64,000 nucleotides of DNA from Methanoregula sp. (GCA_039698055.1 JBDKTL010000024.1:1-64000); one strand, 5' to 3'. Shown: positions 19,777 through 30,133, counted from the stretch's first letter. Made by a program: numbers and translations. Notes: a model not told the origin generated them from the sequence alone.

Positions 19777-20523
19777 TTACTTTCCCTCCAAGCGTATCAG
19801 GGCACTTTCAGTCCATACGGTCAAACGCCCTGCCTGCATACCTGGCGCAAGGTGCTCGACATTCAACTGGTCAACCGTGACTACATCAACTCCGGATAGG
19901 TTACGTGCAGCACGAAGTTCCGGACCCGAAGTAACAATCAGCAGACTCTTTCTCTGCTTGTACCTGCGACCCCGCATCTTGCCTCTTCCTGCACGGACCT
20001 TGCGGCTGTCTTTTGCCCGCTCAACATCCTGGTAGACACCGATGGTCGTCAGCGCCGTGATGATGTCCTGGGTGCGCTCGAGTGATTCGAACTTGTCCTC
20101 AAAGACGACCGGTACCGCACCCGTGAAGGTGTGACCCCGTGAGGTCATAAGATCGGCCCGTATGCTTGCTGCAACTGCAGAACGGAATGCTTTTTGTTTT
20201 TCCTTCTGGTTGATCTCTTTAATGAGAATCTTCGCTACAACCGGGGGGTGTGCTTCACGACCGCCTTTTGCCTGCGGGACTTTTGCCGCACGGGAACCGT
20301 TCTTGAGACGGGGCACATGCGATGCGCCGCGACCGCTTCCCCAGCCGACTGCGGACGAACAGATACCCGCAAAGGGGTTGGTTCCGTGGGGCTGACGCCG
20401 GGTGCTCTGAAGAGCCATCACTGCTTTTTTGATCAGATCTGGTCTGTATTCCTCTGAGAACAGGGCCGGAAGTTCAATATCTTTTGAGACTTCGCCTTCA
20501 ATTGTCTTAACCTGTGCTTTCAT
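19777..20523 (-). CDS. rpl4: 50S ribosomal protein uL4
   Basis: RPDLIKKAV, GGREAHPP, RAGRGKMRGR, HLAPG. Confidence 0.97.
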   Translation of the reverse strand: MKAQVKTIEGEVSKDIELPALFSEEYRPDLIKKAVMALQSTRRQPHGTNPFAGICSSAVGWGSGRGASHVPRLKNGSRAAKVPQAKGGREAHPPVVAKILIKEINQKEKQKAFRSAVAASIRADLMTSRGHTFTGAVPVVFEDKFESLERTQDIITALTTIGVYQDVERAKDSRKVRAGRGKMRGRRYKQRKSLLIVTSGPELRAARNLSGVDVVTVDQLNVEHLAPGMQAGRLTVWTESALIRLEGK

Positions 20524-20529
20524 CTCTGA

Positions 20530-21543
20530 TCACCCCTGTTTGCTCTGGACGCTCACAAACTGGATCGCAGGCATCCTGACGACATGCTCACCCTGGCGGA
20601 TTGCCGGGCGGATTCTGATCAGGCGCTTGATCGGCCCGGGGATGGACCCCTTGACAAGGACATACGGGCTTTTAAGAACGCCGTAGTGCAGGAAGCCGCC
20701 TTTCGGGGTGATTTCAGCACCGCTTTCTCCGATCTTTAAAATGCGCTTGTTGAACTCCGTGCGCTGCTGGTATCCCAATTGGCCGCTCTGGGGTACCTGC
20801 CACCGGACGTGGTGTGGGTTCCAGGGTCCAAGCGTACCAATGTGGCGCTCTTTTCCACCGACAGAGTGCTTGCGCTTGCGCAGTGCAGTACCCCAGCGTT
20901 TTGCAGGCCCCTGTGTGCCTTTACCGGTGGTAATTGCAGTGATATCCGCATACGCACCAGACTGGATAATGCTGCTCAGGCTGACTTCTTTTCCAAGCAG
21001 TTCAAGAGCAAACTCGTACTGTTTTGCCATGTTGTCCCCGGAAATTTTAATCTCCATAAGGTCAGGAACTTTTTTGGGAACTCCGCTGATCGTCGCCGGC
21101 TGCGTGTAGGTAAGAGCGTGGATCTCTGCCACATTGCCAGATGCAACTGCATCGGCGAATTTCTTCTTCGCTGACTCCCCATTATAGTCCTTTGGCATGG
21201 TAATCCTGCGGGAAAGCACGGCATCCAGCTGATCTGCCCAGATCTCGGTGAATGCGTGCTTGCCGTAGGTGTCCTTCGCATATGCGCGGATGGCGGCAAC
21301 TTTCATGGTGGGTATTTCTATGACGGTAACTGGCACCATGATTTCCTTGCCTTCAGTTGGACTTTCCTTGTGATCGTCCACCATGATAACATGCGTCATC
21401 CCCACTTTATAGCCTGCGAAACCCTGCAGAACCGGTGTTCCGGTGCTGACGGGCCACGACTGGTATTTCGGTATGGGGCTCTTTGCACGTTTCCGTGGGC
21501 TGAATGCAAGGGAGCCTCGACGTGGTCTGTTTATCTTTGGCAT
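20530..21543 (-). CDS. rpl3: 50S ribosomal protein uL3
   Basis: [34 protein letters not shown]. Confidence 0.98.
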   Translation of the reverse strand: MPKINRPRRGSLAFSPRKRAKSPIPKYQSWPVSTGTPVLQGFAGYKVGMTHVIMVDDHKESPTEGKEIMVPVTVIEIPTMKVAAIRAYAKDTYGKHAFTEIWADQLDAVLSRRITMPKDYNGESAKKKFADAVASGNVAEIHALTYTQPATISGVPKKVPDLMEIKISGDNMAKQYEFALELLGKEVSLSSIIQSGAYADITAITTGKGTQGPAKRWGTALRKRKHSVGGKERHIGTLGPWNPHHVRWQVPQSGQLGYQQRTEFNKRILKIGESGAEITPKGGFLHYGVLKSPYVLVKGSIPGPIKRLIRIRPAIRQGEHVVRMPAIQFVSVQSKQG

Positions 21544-22120
21544 GTGTTAATCATTCCTCTGTATTCGTGTAAGGTATTCTTTCTTCGACACGAACTGCGA
21601 TTTATCCGAGACTTTTAGCGATATCGCTGTTTTGTCTGAAAAGTTTACTCGCGGCCGGGCGTATCAGGTCGACTGGAAAACATGCATATCCCGAATAGGG
21701 GATGTATGCTCATTGGATTCCCGACTGATTGAACGCCACGGATAGGGTGTTTGGATGAGAAGTACTCATCGTATGCCATTATGTGCCGGCATTGCCTGTC
21801 TCGCGAAAGAAGACCCTGACATGAATGCATCTTCAGGCTGCTACATGCAACGCGAAGAGCGGGCTCGTTTGTTAAAACGTCCACCCATGCATTATGGTCA
21901 GATCCAACTCTGTCAGCCTTGTTGTGACGAATCACAACTCCTTCTCGGTATCCCCCGCAGATATGCAGGGTTCACCAACCGGGAAATACCCACGGCAGAA
22001 CCTTTTCCCTGTGTCTCCTGGATGAGTTCCGCCGGTATGTTACACGTGATTTGTCGGATCATACCCGTGTACCACGGGGATACCCCCACATCGGCTTCCT
22101 TAAATTTTAGTTAAAAGAAC

Positions 22121-22133
22121 ATATATATTTATG
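22121..22133 (-). promoter_or_regulatory. Candidate TATA box for the ribosomal protein superoperon
   Basis: Minus-strand ATAAATATATAT, the strongest TATA-like element upstream of rpl3 (~580 nt from its ATG). Confidence 0.45.
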
Positions 22134-22176
22134 CCACAATTCGAGAGGTTTCCCGGATTAATATATTAACAACAGG

Positions 22177-22581
22177 TTATCCGAAATATAATTCTCCCCC
22201 CTCAGTAATATAAATCTCAATATCATCACAGATGCACCGGGCTTTGCATGACTGGGGGCGCGTTTCCCGTAGTCGGTTTATCAGCGAGATGGTATCATAT
22301 TGTACTTTTATGGAGTTCTTTTCCGCCTCGGCAAAAATCATACTTGGGACATCAAAAAGATCCGTCCCCGAGGGGATTGTACACAGGTGAATCGCATCAA
22401 GCGTGTAGAGAAATTCAAGTGTTTCTTTTGCCCTTCGGATATTTTCCATTGCCGATTTTTCTATCGTGCAGACATTTGCCTTGGATGTATTGATAATATC
22501 AGCAATTTGTTGCTGGGTGAGGCCTTGTTTACGATACCGGAGCACCTCCATTTGTCTGTCGGTGAGCAGACCGTCTTTCAT
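22177..22581 (-). CDS. Tfx family DNA-binding protein
   Basis: LLTDRQMEVL.YRKQGLTQQQIA..INTSKANVCTIEKSA.ENI..AKETL; GTDLFDVP. Confidence 0.88.
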   Translation of the reverse strand: MKDGLLTDRQMEVLRYRKQGLTQQQIADIINTSKANVCTIEKSAMENIRRAKETLEFLYTLDAIHLCTIPSGTDLFDVPSMIFAEAEKNSIKVQYDTISLINRLRETRPQSCKARCICDDIEIYITEGGELYFG

Positions 22582-22772
22582 ACCTTCCAATTTATCACCG
22601 CAACTTAAACACTTTTCGTTAACTCCCCAATCCAACAGGGCAGTAATTTCTCTAAACACAAGATCTGAATAAATCGATAAAATATCATTTCCGACGAGAA
22701 AAATTGATTTCAAAATCTTTATATGAATACCGGATCATAGTAACGTGTTAAAAAAATAGAGGTGAAATTTCT

Positions 22773-23615
22773 ATGGTTGTTAAAGTAGGAGTTGCGAAAC
22801 TAGGCAATATTGCCAGTGGTGTAATGGCAGAACTGCTTCTCGACGAGAGAGCAGACCGTGAAGACATGCAGACATTCATGGCGACCAGCGGAACAAAACT
22901 TGAGCCCGCTGATGTTGACCGTGTCGTCTCCAACCTTAAGGCATATAAGCCGGACTTCTGCATTGTTGTTTCCCCCAATGGGGTTCTCCCCGGCCCGACC
23001 GGTGCCCGCGAACAGCTTGCAGCAGCAGGTATCCCGGTTGTTATCATCACCGATGATGTAACAACGAAGAAGGAGTGGGAAGGAGTAAAAGCTGACACAA
23101 AATTCGGCTATATCATCATGAAGGCAGACTCCATGATTGGTGCACGCCGCGAATTCCTCGACCCCGTCGAGATGGCTGACTACAACGGCAACCTCGTCAA
23201 AGTATTGGCTCTCACGGGTGCATTCCGTAAGATGCAGCTTGCTCTGGACAAGGTCATTGATCAGGTTAAGGCCGGCAAGAAAGGCACTGAACTCGAGCTC
23301 CCGAAGATCATCATGACCACCGACAAGGCAGTCGATGGTGAATTTACCAACCCCTACGCGCTCGCAAAGGCACGCGCTGCCCACGAGATCGCAATTGCGG
23401 TTGCAGGCCAGAATGTCAAGGGCTGCTTTATGACCAAGGAATGGGAGAAATACATCCCAATCGTTGCAAGTGCTCACGAGATGATGAAGGTCGCAGCACA
23501 ACTCTGTGATCAGGCCCGCGAACTTGAGAAGGCAGGAGACAGTATTCTGCGCAAGCCCCACAAGAAAGATGGCATGCTTGTCTCCAAGAACAAACTCGTT
23601 GCAAAATTCGAGTAA
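22773..23615 (+). CDS. mtd: F420-dependent methylene-H4MPT dehydrogenase
   Basis: [36 protein letters not shown]. Confidence 0.98.
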   Translation: MVVKVGVAKLGNIASGVMAELLLDERADREDMQTFMATSGTKLEPADVDRVVSNLKAYKPDFCIVVSPNGVLPGPTGAREQLAAAGIPVVIITDDVTTKKEWEGVKADTKFGYIIMKADSMIGARREFLDPVEMADYNGNLVKVLALTGAFRKMQLALDKVIDQVKAGKKGTELELPKIIMTTDKAVDGEFTNPYALAKARAAHEIAIAVAGQNVKGCFMTKEWEKYIPIVASAHEMMKVAAQLCDQARELEKAGDSILRKPHKKDGMLVSKNKLVAKFE

Positions 23616-23616
23616 A

Positions 23617-23634
23617 TTTTTTTTTTATTTTTTT
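23617..23634 (+). terminator. oligo-T terminator of mtd
   Basis: T-rich run directly after mtd stop. Confidence 0.55.
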
Positions 23635-23656
23635 AGGGATGGTATATTTCCAGAGA

Positions 23657-24583
23657 TTATGGATATTCTTCCCGGTAATAACGACCGAGTTCTTCTGGCA
23701 GGGTCAATATGACCGGTTCAAAGTGAAGACGTTCCATGAATGCGGTATCGCTTGTCGATAAAGGATTCGGGTTGATCCTTGAGATGATGGAACAGAATGC
23801 AGAGAATGCATGATTGTTGTTCTTATCAAAAACGATCGCCATGTTGAATGCGTGCGTACCTAATTTTTTATAGAGATCCAGGATTTGGAGTATTCCCTTA
23901 GCGAGCATGTCACAGTACGGTTCCAGGTCGTCAAGTGAGGAGATTGGCAGGATACCCCGTACCTCACGTTCACCGACAGGAACGGCATGCGCAGACCAGA
24001 GGATCTCCTCGCCAAAGAGATACCGGTCAGACGATCGTTCCTGTTCTTTTACAGCATCCCAGTACCCTTTACCTTCTTTTTTTCCATACTGTTCTGATGC
24101 TCTAAGATATCGTTCTGCCATCCAGGAAGGGCGCGAATCGGAAATTCCCTGCATATGGGGATGTACAAGACTTGCGCCAGCAGAGGGTAAATAATTCCAG
24201 TTGATACTGTTATATCCACCGAATCGTTTCAGAGATTCTGCCTGAGCAGTCAGGGCATCAACAATCTGCGTTTTTGTAAATGTGTCAACAACGTGATCAT
24301 TGGTGATGACCGTTACCGTATGCCATTGTGCAAAAGGAAAGAGATTGGGAAACGTTACGCTTTCTCCACGAAGGATCCGTTTTCCATCGGCGAATGTTGG
24401 AGTGACTGAAAAAATGTGCTCACGGCAGAATGGACAATCACCTGAATTGTTGGGCATCGCCGACATCTGGTCAATGTGACGGTTGAGTCGCTCCGGGCTG
24501 ATCCTGCACCGAAGACCGGTGAAACGTTCTTCGCGGTATTGTAATATTCCATTTGCCGTGGTAATTTCAGAAGAGGTAAACAT
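23657..24583 (-). CDS. Galactose-1-phosphate uridylyltransferase-like (GalT/HIT) nucleotidyltransferase
   Basis: CPFC, FPNLFPF, NWNY..AGASLVHPHMQ. Confidence 0.85.
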   Translation of the reverse strand: MFTSSEITTANGILQYREERFTGLRCRISPERLNRHIDQMSAMPNNSGDCPFCREHIFSVTPTFADGKRILRGESVTFPNLFPFAQWHTVTVITNDHVVDTFTKTQIVDALTAQAESLKRFGGYNSINWNYLPSAGASLVHPHMQGISDSRPSWMAERYLRASEQYGKKEGKGYWDAVKEQERSSDRYLFGEEILWSAHAVPVGEREVRGILPISSLDDLEPYCDMLAKGILQILDLYKKLGTHAFNMAIVFDKNNNHAFSAFCSIISRINPNPLSTSDTAFMERLHFEPVILTLPEELGRYYREEYP

Positions 24584-24749
24584 TCCCTATCAGATATATA
24601 GTATCAAACGCGATGGCATAGTCGTTTGCATACAATGTGTAACTCTTTATTAATGAAAGAAAACCCGAAAAAATAAAAATTAGATTTTTTTATGCCCCTC
24701 ATCAGTGCCTTATTCAGCAGTATCGTATCAGCGATCACGACGATGCTGG

Positions 24750-25736
24750 TTATACAACGTACTTGCCAAGCAGGCGGATGGATGTGGTCATGTCGGGACC
24801 GAGTGGTGAACCGAAGATAATCTGTGTGACACCGGCCTTTGTCAGGTCTTCACACTTCTGCTTGACCATTTCCGGGGTGCCGGCAATGGTGAATGCATCA
24901 ATCTCTTTGTCTCCAACAAGCTCTCCAACAGTCTTGAAGTCGAACTTGCCGAGTGCTGCCTTAATCTTGGCGACATTGCCGAGGTCAAGTCCATGACGGG
25001 TAAGCAGTGCCTCCGGAGAGCCAGCTGCAATGAATGCTGCAACAATCTTTGCTGCATTGCGTGCCTTCTTCTCACTCCGGTCAATCGACATTGCAGTGTA
25101 TGCACCGACATCAAATGTCTTCTTGCCTGCTGCATCGGATGCCTTCTTGATGATCGGGATAGCAATCTGGAAGTCTTTGGGGTTGGATGCGTTGATCAAT
25201 GCACCGTCACCGATCTTTCCGGCAAGCTCAAGAACCTTGGGGCCCTGTGCACCGATGTAAACCGGGATACCCTTCTTTCCGGGGAGGGTGACACCGGTCA
25301 GCTTTGCTCCGTCATAGTCGAAGAACTGCATGCCGGATTTCTTGATTTCCTCACCGGCACAGAGCTTGCGGATCTGAACAACGGCCTCCTCAAGACGGGC
25401 AACCGGTTTTTCGGGGTTGATTGCCAGTTTCGGGAGCGTTGACAGGTCACCGGGTCCAATACCGAGAACTGCACGGCCGTCGGAAATTTCGTTAAGCGTA
25501 CAGATGAAGGACGCCATCGCAGCTGGTGTGTCGGTAAATGCGTTCATGATACCCGGTCCCATCTTCAGGGTTGTTGTTGCCTGAGCAATGGCGGCGAGTG
25601 TCGGGTAGCAGTGGCGGTTGTTATAGTGGTTCGTGATCCACGCGAAGTCAATATCCTTTGACTCAGCAAGTTTACAGAAGTTGACAACTTGCTTTACATT
25701 GACATTTCCTGGTACAAATTCAATTCCATATGTCAA
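24750..25736 (-). CDS. mer: F420-dependent methylene-H4MPT reductase
   Basis: GIEFVP, WITNHYNNR, LGIGPGD, GAQGPK, GSPLGP; TTG start with GAGGTGA RBS. Confidence 0.97.
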   Translation of the reverse strand: MTYGIEFVPGNVNVKQVVNFCKLAESKDIDFAWITNHYNNRHCYPTLAAIAQATTTLKMGPGIMNAFTDTPAAMASFICTLNEISDGRAVLGIGPGDLSTLPKLAINPEKPVARLEEAVVQIRKLCAGEEIKKSGMQFFDYDGAKLTGVTLPGKKGIPVYIGAQGPKVLELAGKIGDGALINASNPKDFQIAIPIIKKASDAAGKKTFDVGAYTAMSIDRSEKKARNAAKIVAAFIAAGSPEALLTRHGLDLGNVAKIKAALGKFDFKTVGELVGDKEIDAFTIAGTPEMVKQKCEDLTKAGVTQIIFGSPLGPDMTTSIRLLGKYVV

Positions 25737-26343
25737 GGTTTGTTCACCTCAATTGAGTATTCCGTCCACGCATTTAAATAAATTATGATTTAACGTTGGG
25801 CTCGGCGGGCATCCTACAGGATTTAAAGCCCGTTAATCGATTATTTGGTTTTTAGAACCGATCCCGGCCTATGAATCTGGGATGAACGCAGTTAGATCTC
25901 CGCTATCTCACCCAAGTTGGGGCAGTTTTTTCTTTTATCCCGCCATGAGATTTTTTCCGTATGACCTCAGCCATACCGATTCTTTCCAGAGTACACATCA
26001 GGAAAACGGGATTTGGCAGGCACCATCATTCGTGTTAAAAAATATATCACTACATCATCATTCTGCAAAATGAAGGTGGGGGAATTTCTATTCGGGCACA
26101 ATGCCAAAAATAAAAAAAGTCAAAGAAAAGCATTTCACAACGAAGGCTCGATCGTATAAGGAGGCACTGATGTATGATGGCTTTCATCAATCACGTTCGT
26201 TTCCAATGGACAGTTCCACTCAATGGATCCACGAGTTTGTTTTGGGTGGGGTAGCATCCTATAATATAATGTGTTTACACAAGCAATAGTATATATAAAA
26301 GATTTATGGACTCCCATCGTATTTTACAACCACAGGACTGGAT

Positions 26344-28656
26344 ATGCGGATACTGGCAATAGGACTTGGCGGAGCAGGCTGCCGTATCGTCAGCCACCTT
26401 TATTCCACGGATCGGCACAGCAGCAAGGTTGCCTGTGTCAAGGCACTCGCCGTGGACGTGGATAGTGATACTCTGGCCCAGCTTGCAGATCTTCCGGAAA
26501 ACGCGAAGATCTTTTTTCCTGCCCTTGAACCGGAAGTATCGGGTATTTCCACCGGGCTACCCCATACGGCGACTATCGATATAAACGAGATCATTGCGCG
26601 TATCCAGAACATCGAAAGCGGGGAAACAGACGCGATCTTCATCTGCTGCGGGCTTGGTGGGAGCATGGTGGATGTGGCGCCACAGGTTATCACCGCACTC
26701 AGGGCATCGGTTGTCGAACCAATATTCGGATTAATTACCCTGCCATGCCTTTCTGAAGGGGAGAAACGTTCTGCCAAGGCTGCTGATGATATCGACATGC
26801 TTTCACCGCTCCTTGACGGTATGATCCTTTTTGATAACGAGACATGGTCTAAAAAAATGAAAGGTCTGGCCATTCCCCTGATAAAAAAAGACACAGGGTT
26901 TGCAGGATTGTTTGGGGCAAAAAAGTCCCGGAAGACAGTATCACCCATTCATCCCACGTTTGCGGCTTTGAATCTGGCAATCGTCAAACGGATCAGTCTT
27001 ATTCTGAGGGCAGGTGAGTTCAAAGCAGACGGGGGAATTGAACTCGCGGAAGTCGTGATGGATTCCGGCGAAGTGCTCAATACGATGCAGGGCATGGGTT
27101 TTATCACCATCGGGTATGCAGTCGAGCATCTGCCGCACCATCCGCTGGGGTTTCTCTCGCACCTGGGTCCGATCGGCTTTTTTGCTGATGAACATAAAAA
27201 GAGGGATTCGCGTATCGTTGAGCTTGCAAAGCAGGCAATATATAACGAGATTTCAACACCCTGCGATATGACGAGTGCAGCAAAAGCACTCATCCTGATT
27301 GCCGGGCCATCGCGTGAACTCTCGATGAAAGGGTTTATGACGGTCCGTAAATGGATTGATCGCAGCATCGCAGGACTGGAAACACGATCCGGGGATTACC
27401 CGGTCACGAATACAAAGTATGTAGCGATTATTGTCATGCTTGCCGGTCTTGAAAATATCCCCCGTCTTGCAGAACTAAAAGAAATACGGGAGCAGTATAT
27501 CTCCGGCCGAAAACGGCAGGTATTGAGGGAGGCGGGAATCGATCCCGGTGCGGGTCGGTACGCCGATGGACAGGATCGTTTGCCCCCGTATTCCGGGTCC
27601 GGTCAATCCGGTAAACGTGATGAGATGATCGTGCTCCCCGGTAAAAAACAGGGAGATGAACGACGGGTTACCGGTCGGTCACCGGAAGCATTATCGCCAT
27701 CAGATCAAAGGACTGTAAGGCAGGTTCAACCCGTGGTGCCGGATGAGCAGGACAGACTTCCTGAGGATCAGTCTCCAACCGCAACATCACCAAAATATGA
27801 TATTTCTGGTAAAGAGAAATCCACGCAAAAAACAACAGTATCACCACCGGAAGATCGGAGTGTTACCTCATCCGGACAGGAATCACGCACCATCCAGCAA
27901 CCTTTTGACCAGACGAAAATGCCCTCCCGACATATCATTATCCGCCGGGAACATGATCTGGCTGAACGCGAACCGGATTCCCCTTCGGGAAGTATAAAAG
28001 ATACTCCCGGAGTAAAAGATGAAAGTGGAGTCCACAGAGTGTCACCGAAACAGAAACCTGAACTGACAAATGTGTATTCACCACAGGGAAAGGAGGACAT
28101 CCTCAAGACAAAAGATCTCAACCGGCAGCGAATAGAAAACGAACTACAGAGACAGCGGATGATGGCAATTCTGGGAAAACCTCACAAGGCACAGACCGTT
28201 CCCCCGACCCAACCTCAGCCGACTCCATTATCAGTCCAGACAAAAACAATTATCCACCGTGTTTCCCGTTCGGTGGGAAATCAGGAGCCCACGGGACAAA
28301 AAGAGATTGATCACCCGGCCGAAACGCAATCACGAGTGCTGATCAAACCAAAGAAGCATCTTGAGGGGCCTGAAGAGATACCTGATAATAAACAGGATGA
28401 AAAACAACCTGCCGAACCAGAGATCCATCGGAAGACGGTTATGCCACAATCAGATAGAGGAGATACAATTCAGGAAGAATCCCAAATCGAAATGAAACGA
28501 ATGATACAGCGTTCAAAAGATGATATTTTCGATGGAAAAGAGATCGCATCGAAAGACTCATCAAAGGTAAATGACGATGCACTTCTCCATACCCGGTTAA
28601 AATTAAAAAAAAAACAGGTCGATTCTGAAAAATCTCTTGATCATAATGAGCCTTAA
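26344..28656 (+). CDS. Divergent tubulin/FtsZ-family (CetZ-like) protein with long disordered C-terminal tail
   Basis: IGLGGAGCRI (T1), LFDNETW, AEVVMDSGEVLNT (CetZ-like T7), RSGDYP; T4 reduced to GLGGSMV. Confidence 0.85.
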   Translation: MRILAIGLGGAGCRIVSHLYSTDRHSSKVACVKALAVDVDSDTLAQLADLPENAKIFFPALEPEVSGISTGLPHTATIDINEIIARIQNIESGETDAIFICCGLGGSMVDVAPQVITALRASVVEPIFGLITLPCLSEGEKRSAKAADDIDMLSPLLDGMILFDNETWSKKMKGLAIPLIKKDTGFAGLFGAKKSRKTVSPIHPTFAALNLAIVKRISLILRAGEFKADGGIELAEVVMDSGEVLNTMQGMGFITIGYAVEHLPHHPLGFLSHLGPIGFFADEHKKRDSRIVELAKQAIYNEISTPCDMTSAAKALILIAGPSRELSMKGFMTVRKWIDRSIAGLETRSGDYPVTNTKYVAIIVMLAGLENIPRLAELKEIREQYISGRKRQVLREAGIDPGAGRYADGQDRLPPYSGSGQSGKRDEMIVLPGKKQGDERRVTGRSPEALSPSDQRTVRQVQPVVPDEQDRLPEDQSPTATSPKYDISGKEKSTQKTTVSPPEDRSVTSSGQESRTIQQPFDQTKMPSRHIIIRREHDLAEREPDSPSGSIKDTPGVKDESGVHRVSPKQKPELTNVYSPQGKEDILKTKDLNRQRIENELQRQRMMAILGKPHKAQTVPPTQPQPTPLSVQTKTIIHRVSRSVGNQEPTGQKEIDHPAETQSRVLIKPKKHLEGPEEIPDNKQDEKQPAEPEIHRKTVMPQSDRGDTIQEESQIEMKRMIQRSKDDIFDGKEIASKDSSKVNDDALLHTRLKLKKKQVDSEKSLDHNEP

Positions 28657-28742
28657 ATAGCCAAAACAGGAGATAGAGTGGCCCACGGGAGCAGAAAACG
28701 GGAGAACTCTATCGGGGATGATGAAGAGTCCGGGATCTAATT

Positions 28743-29693
28743 TTAATTAATATCCATCACTTTTGAAAATGGGATATTTCCAGCCCCGATTTCTGTCCTG
28801 ATCTCAATGCCCTGTTCTACGCAGTTGCCAATATAATTCATACCGCTGAAGGCGACAATTGAGATACGGTAGGGATTCTCCGGCAGGTTAAAGATATTCG
28901 TTCCCATTGCAACCGGAAAGATGAATCCACAGTCATTCATATGCCGGATCGTTTCTTCCACTGCCTTTTTTGCTGAACCGGGTACTTCACGAACATTTGC
29001 AAGGGCAATTCCGGTTTTTGTCGTTGTGAATGCATGAATAGACGTCAGACCAGAGGAGATGAAGAGTTCAAGAGGATCGATCGTTGTGCCCCGGTATCCT
29101 ATTAAGTCCCTGAACCGTAAGGGCACATTCTCCTCCACTTCGAGTCGTCCGCCATATGCCATTTTTACCGGGATGCCGTTGCGCTGGAATACCCCGTCCA
29201 TCGATATACTGCAGAGGGTGATAACCCCGACCGAGTCAGAGGGAATACGGGGATCGTGATCGACAATCCGGTATGAACCAAAAAAGCCACAGCCTGTATG
29301 TGCAACTGCATCAAATGCCGAAATTGCCTTTTCAAAAGAGTCTTTGGGGATGATGGACAGGTTATATGCGACATCCCCGGTCCCTGTTTCGGGGTTGAAG
29401 GTACTTCGGTATGCAAGTCGTTCCAGTTTCGAGATAATAAAACCGATCCGATCATCGACAAGCGCGTTATCCGTCTCTTCAAGTCCAAGTGGTGTCAGCA
29501 TCCGTCCCTGGTTGCCGATCTTTTCTGTAAACCCCATCGTATCAAGATAACTAAGGTAATACTGGACCGCCCGATCGCTGAGCACAAAACCTCGTTCCGC
29601 CATGAGTTCCGAGAGCCGTTTTGCTCCTACCGGCTCAGGGTGTTCTTTTAGTATCCGCAGGATTTCGATGTATTTTCTCTCGGTTCGTATCAT
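28743..29693 (-). CDS. nrpR: NrpR family nitrogen regulator (wHTH + DUF128/NRD)
   Basis: IEILRIL..PVGAKRLS..ERGF.LSDRAVQYYL; YRGTTIDPLELF; single NRD-length protein. Confidence 0.8.
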   Translation of the reverse strand: MIRTERKYIEILRILKEHPEPVGAKRLSELMAERGFVLSDRAVQYYLSYLDTMGFTEKIGNQGRMLTPLGLEETDNALVDDRIGFIISKLERLAYRSTFNPETGTGDVAYNLSIIPKDSFEKAISAFDAVAHTGCGFFGSYRIVDHDPRIPSDSVGVITLCSISMDGVFQRNGIPVKMAYGGRLEVEENVPLRFRDLIGYRGTTIDPLELFISSGLTSIHAFTTTKTGIALANVREVPGSAKKAVEETIRHMNDCGFIFPVAMGTNIFNLPENPYRISIVAFSGMNYIGNCVEQGIEIRTEIGAGNIPFSKVMDIN

Positions 29694-30133
29694 CCTTTTT
29701 TCGCCTCCACCACTCCTCTGCTGTCCTGATAACTCCCATTATATCGTCTTTTCCCGCCCCTGACTTCGTGCAGGATCATCTGCACAATCCGGTCGTTTTT
29801 TTGCAGGTGGATATCATCATGCCCAAGGTTTGTCATGCACAGTGTCAGCTGCCCACGAAAACCCGGATCGATAAATCCCGCACCCATAACAACGCCTCGC
29901 CGGCCATATGACGACCGGCAGCGGAGGGTTCCGGCAACATCGGGGGGGAGTTCAACCCATTCAAGACTCGGAACAAGCGTACAGGTTCCCCGTGGGAGGA
30001 GAAGCGCGTCGGCAGCGCGGAGATCATAGGATGCAGGCTGCTGGCACTCAGTCCCATAGGGGGTGATAACCAGTTTTTCCTGCGGATTTCCTGTAGTGAA
30101 GCGGCGGGTCATCTCTTCTGCTGACAGAATCAT
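29690..30133 (-). CDS. dcd: dCTP deaminase / dUTPase family
   Basis: QPASYDLR, RSSYGRRG, IDPGFRGQLTL, YNGSYQ. Confidence 0.88.
   Translation of the reverse strand: MILSAEEMTRRFTTGNPQEKLVITPYGTECQQPASYDLRAADALLLPRGTCTLVPSLEWVELPPDVAGTLRCRSSYGRRGVVMGAGFIDPGFRGQLTLCMTNLGHDDIHLQKNDRIVQMILHEVRGGKRRYNGSYQDSRGVVEAKKG

Noticed and set aside
21645-22114. 96-aa and 119-aa ORFs upstream of rpl3
   Set aside because: No recognisable motifs or RBS; they overlap on opposite strands
22158-22169. Palindrome TTAATATATTAA
   Set aside because: AT-only word in an AT-rich promoter region; expected by chance
22800-23561. 253-aa antisense ORF
   Set aside because: Shadow of the codon-biased mtd gene
26101-26289. 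62-aa ORF in the mer-tubulin gap
   Set aside because: No RBS or motif; Lys-rich start explained by A-tracts
28717-28740. C/D box sRNA (GATGATGA...)
   Set aside because: Box C-like word only; no matching CTGA box D at a suitable distance
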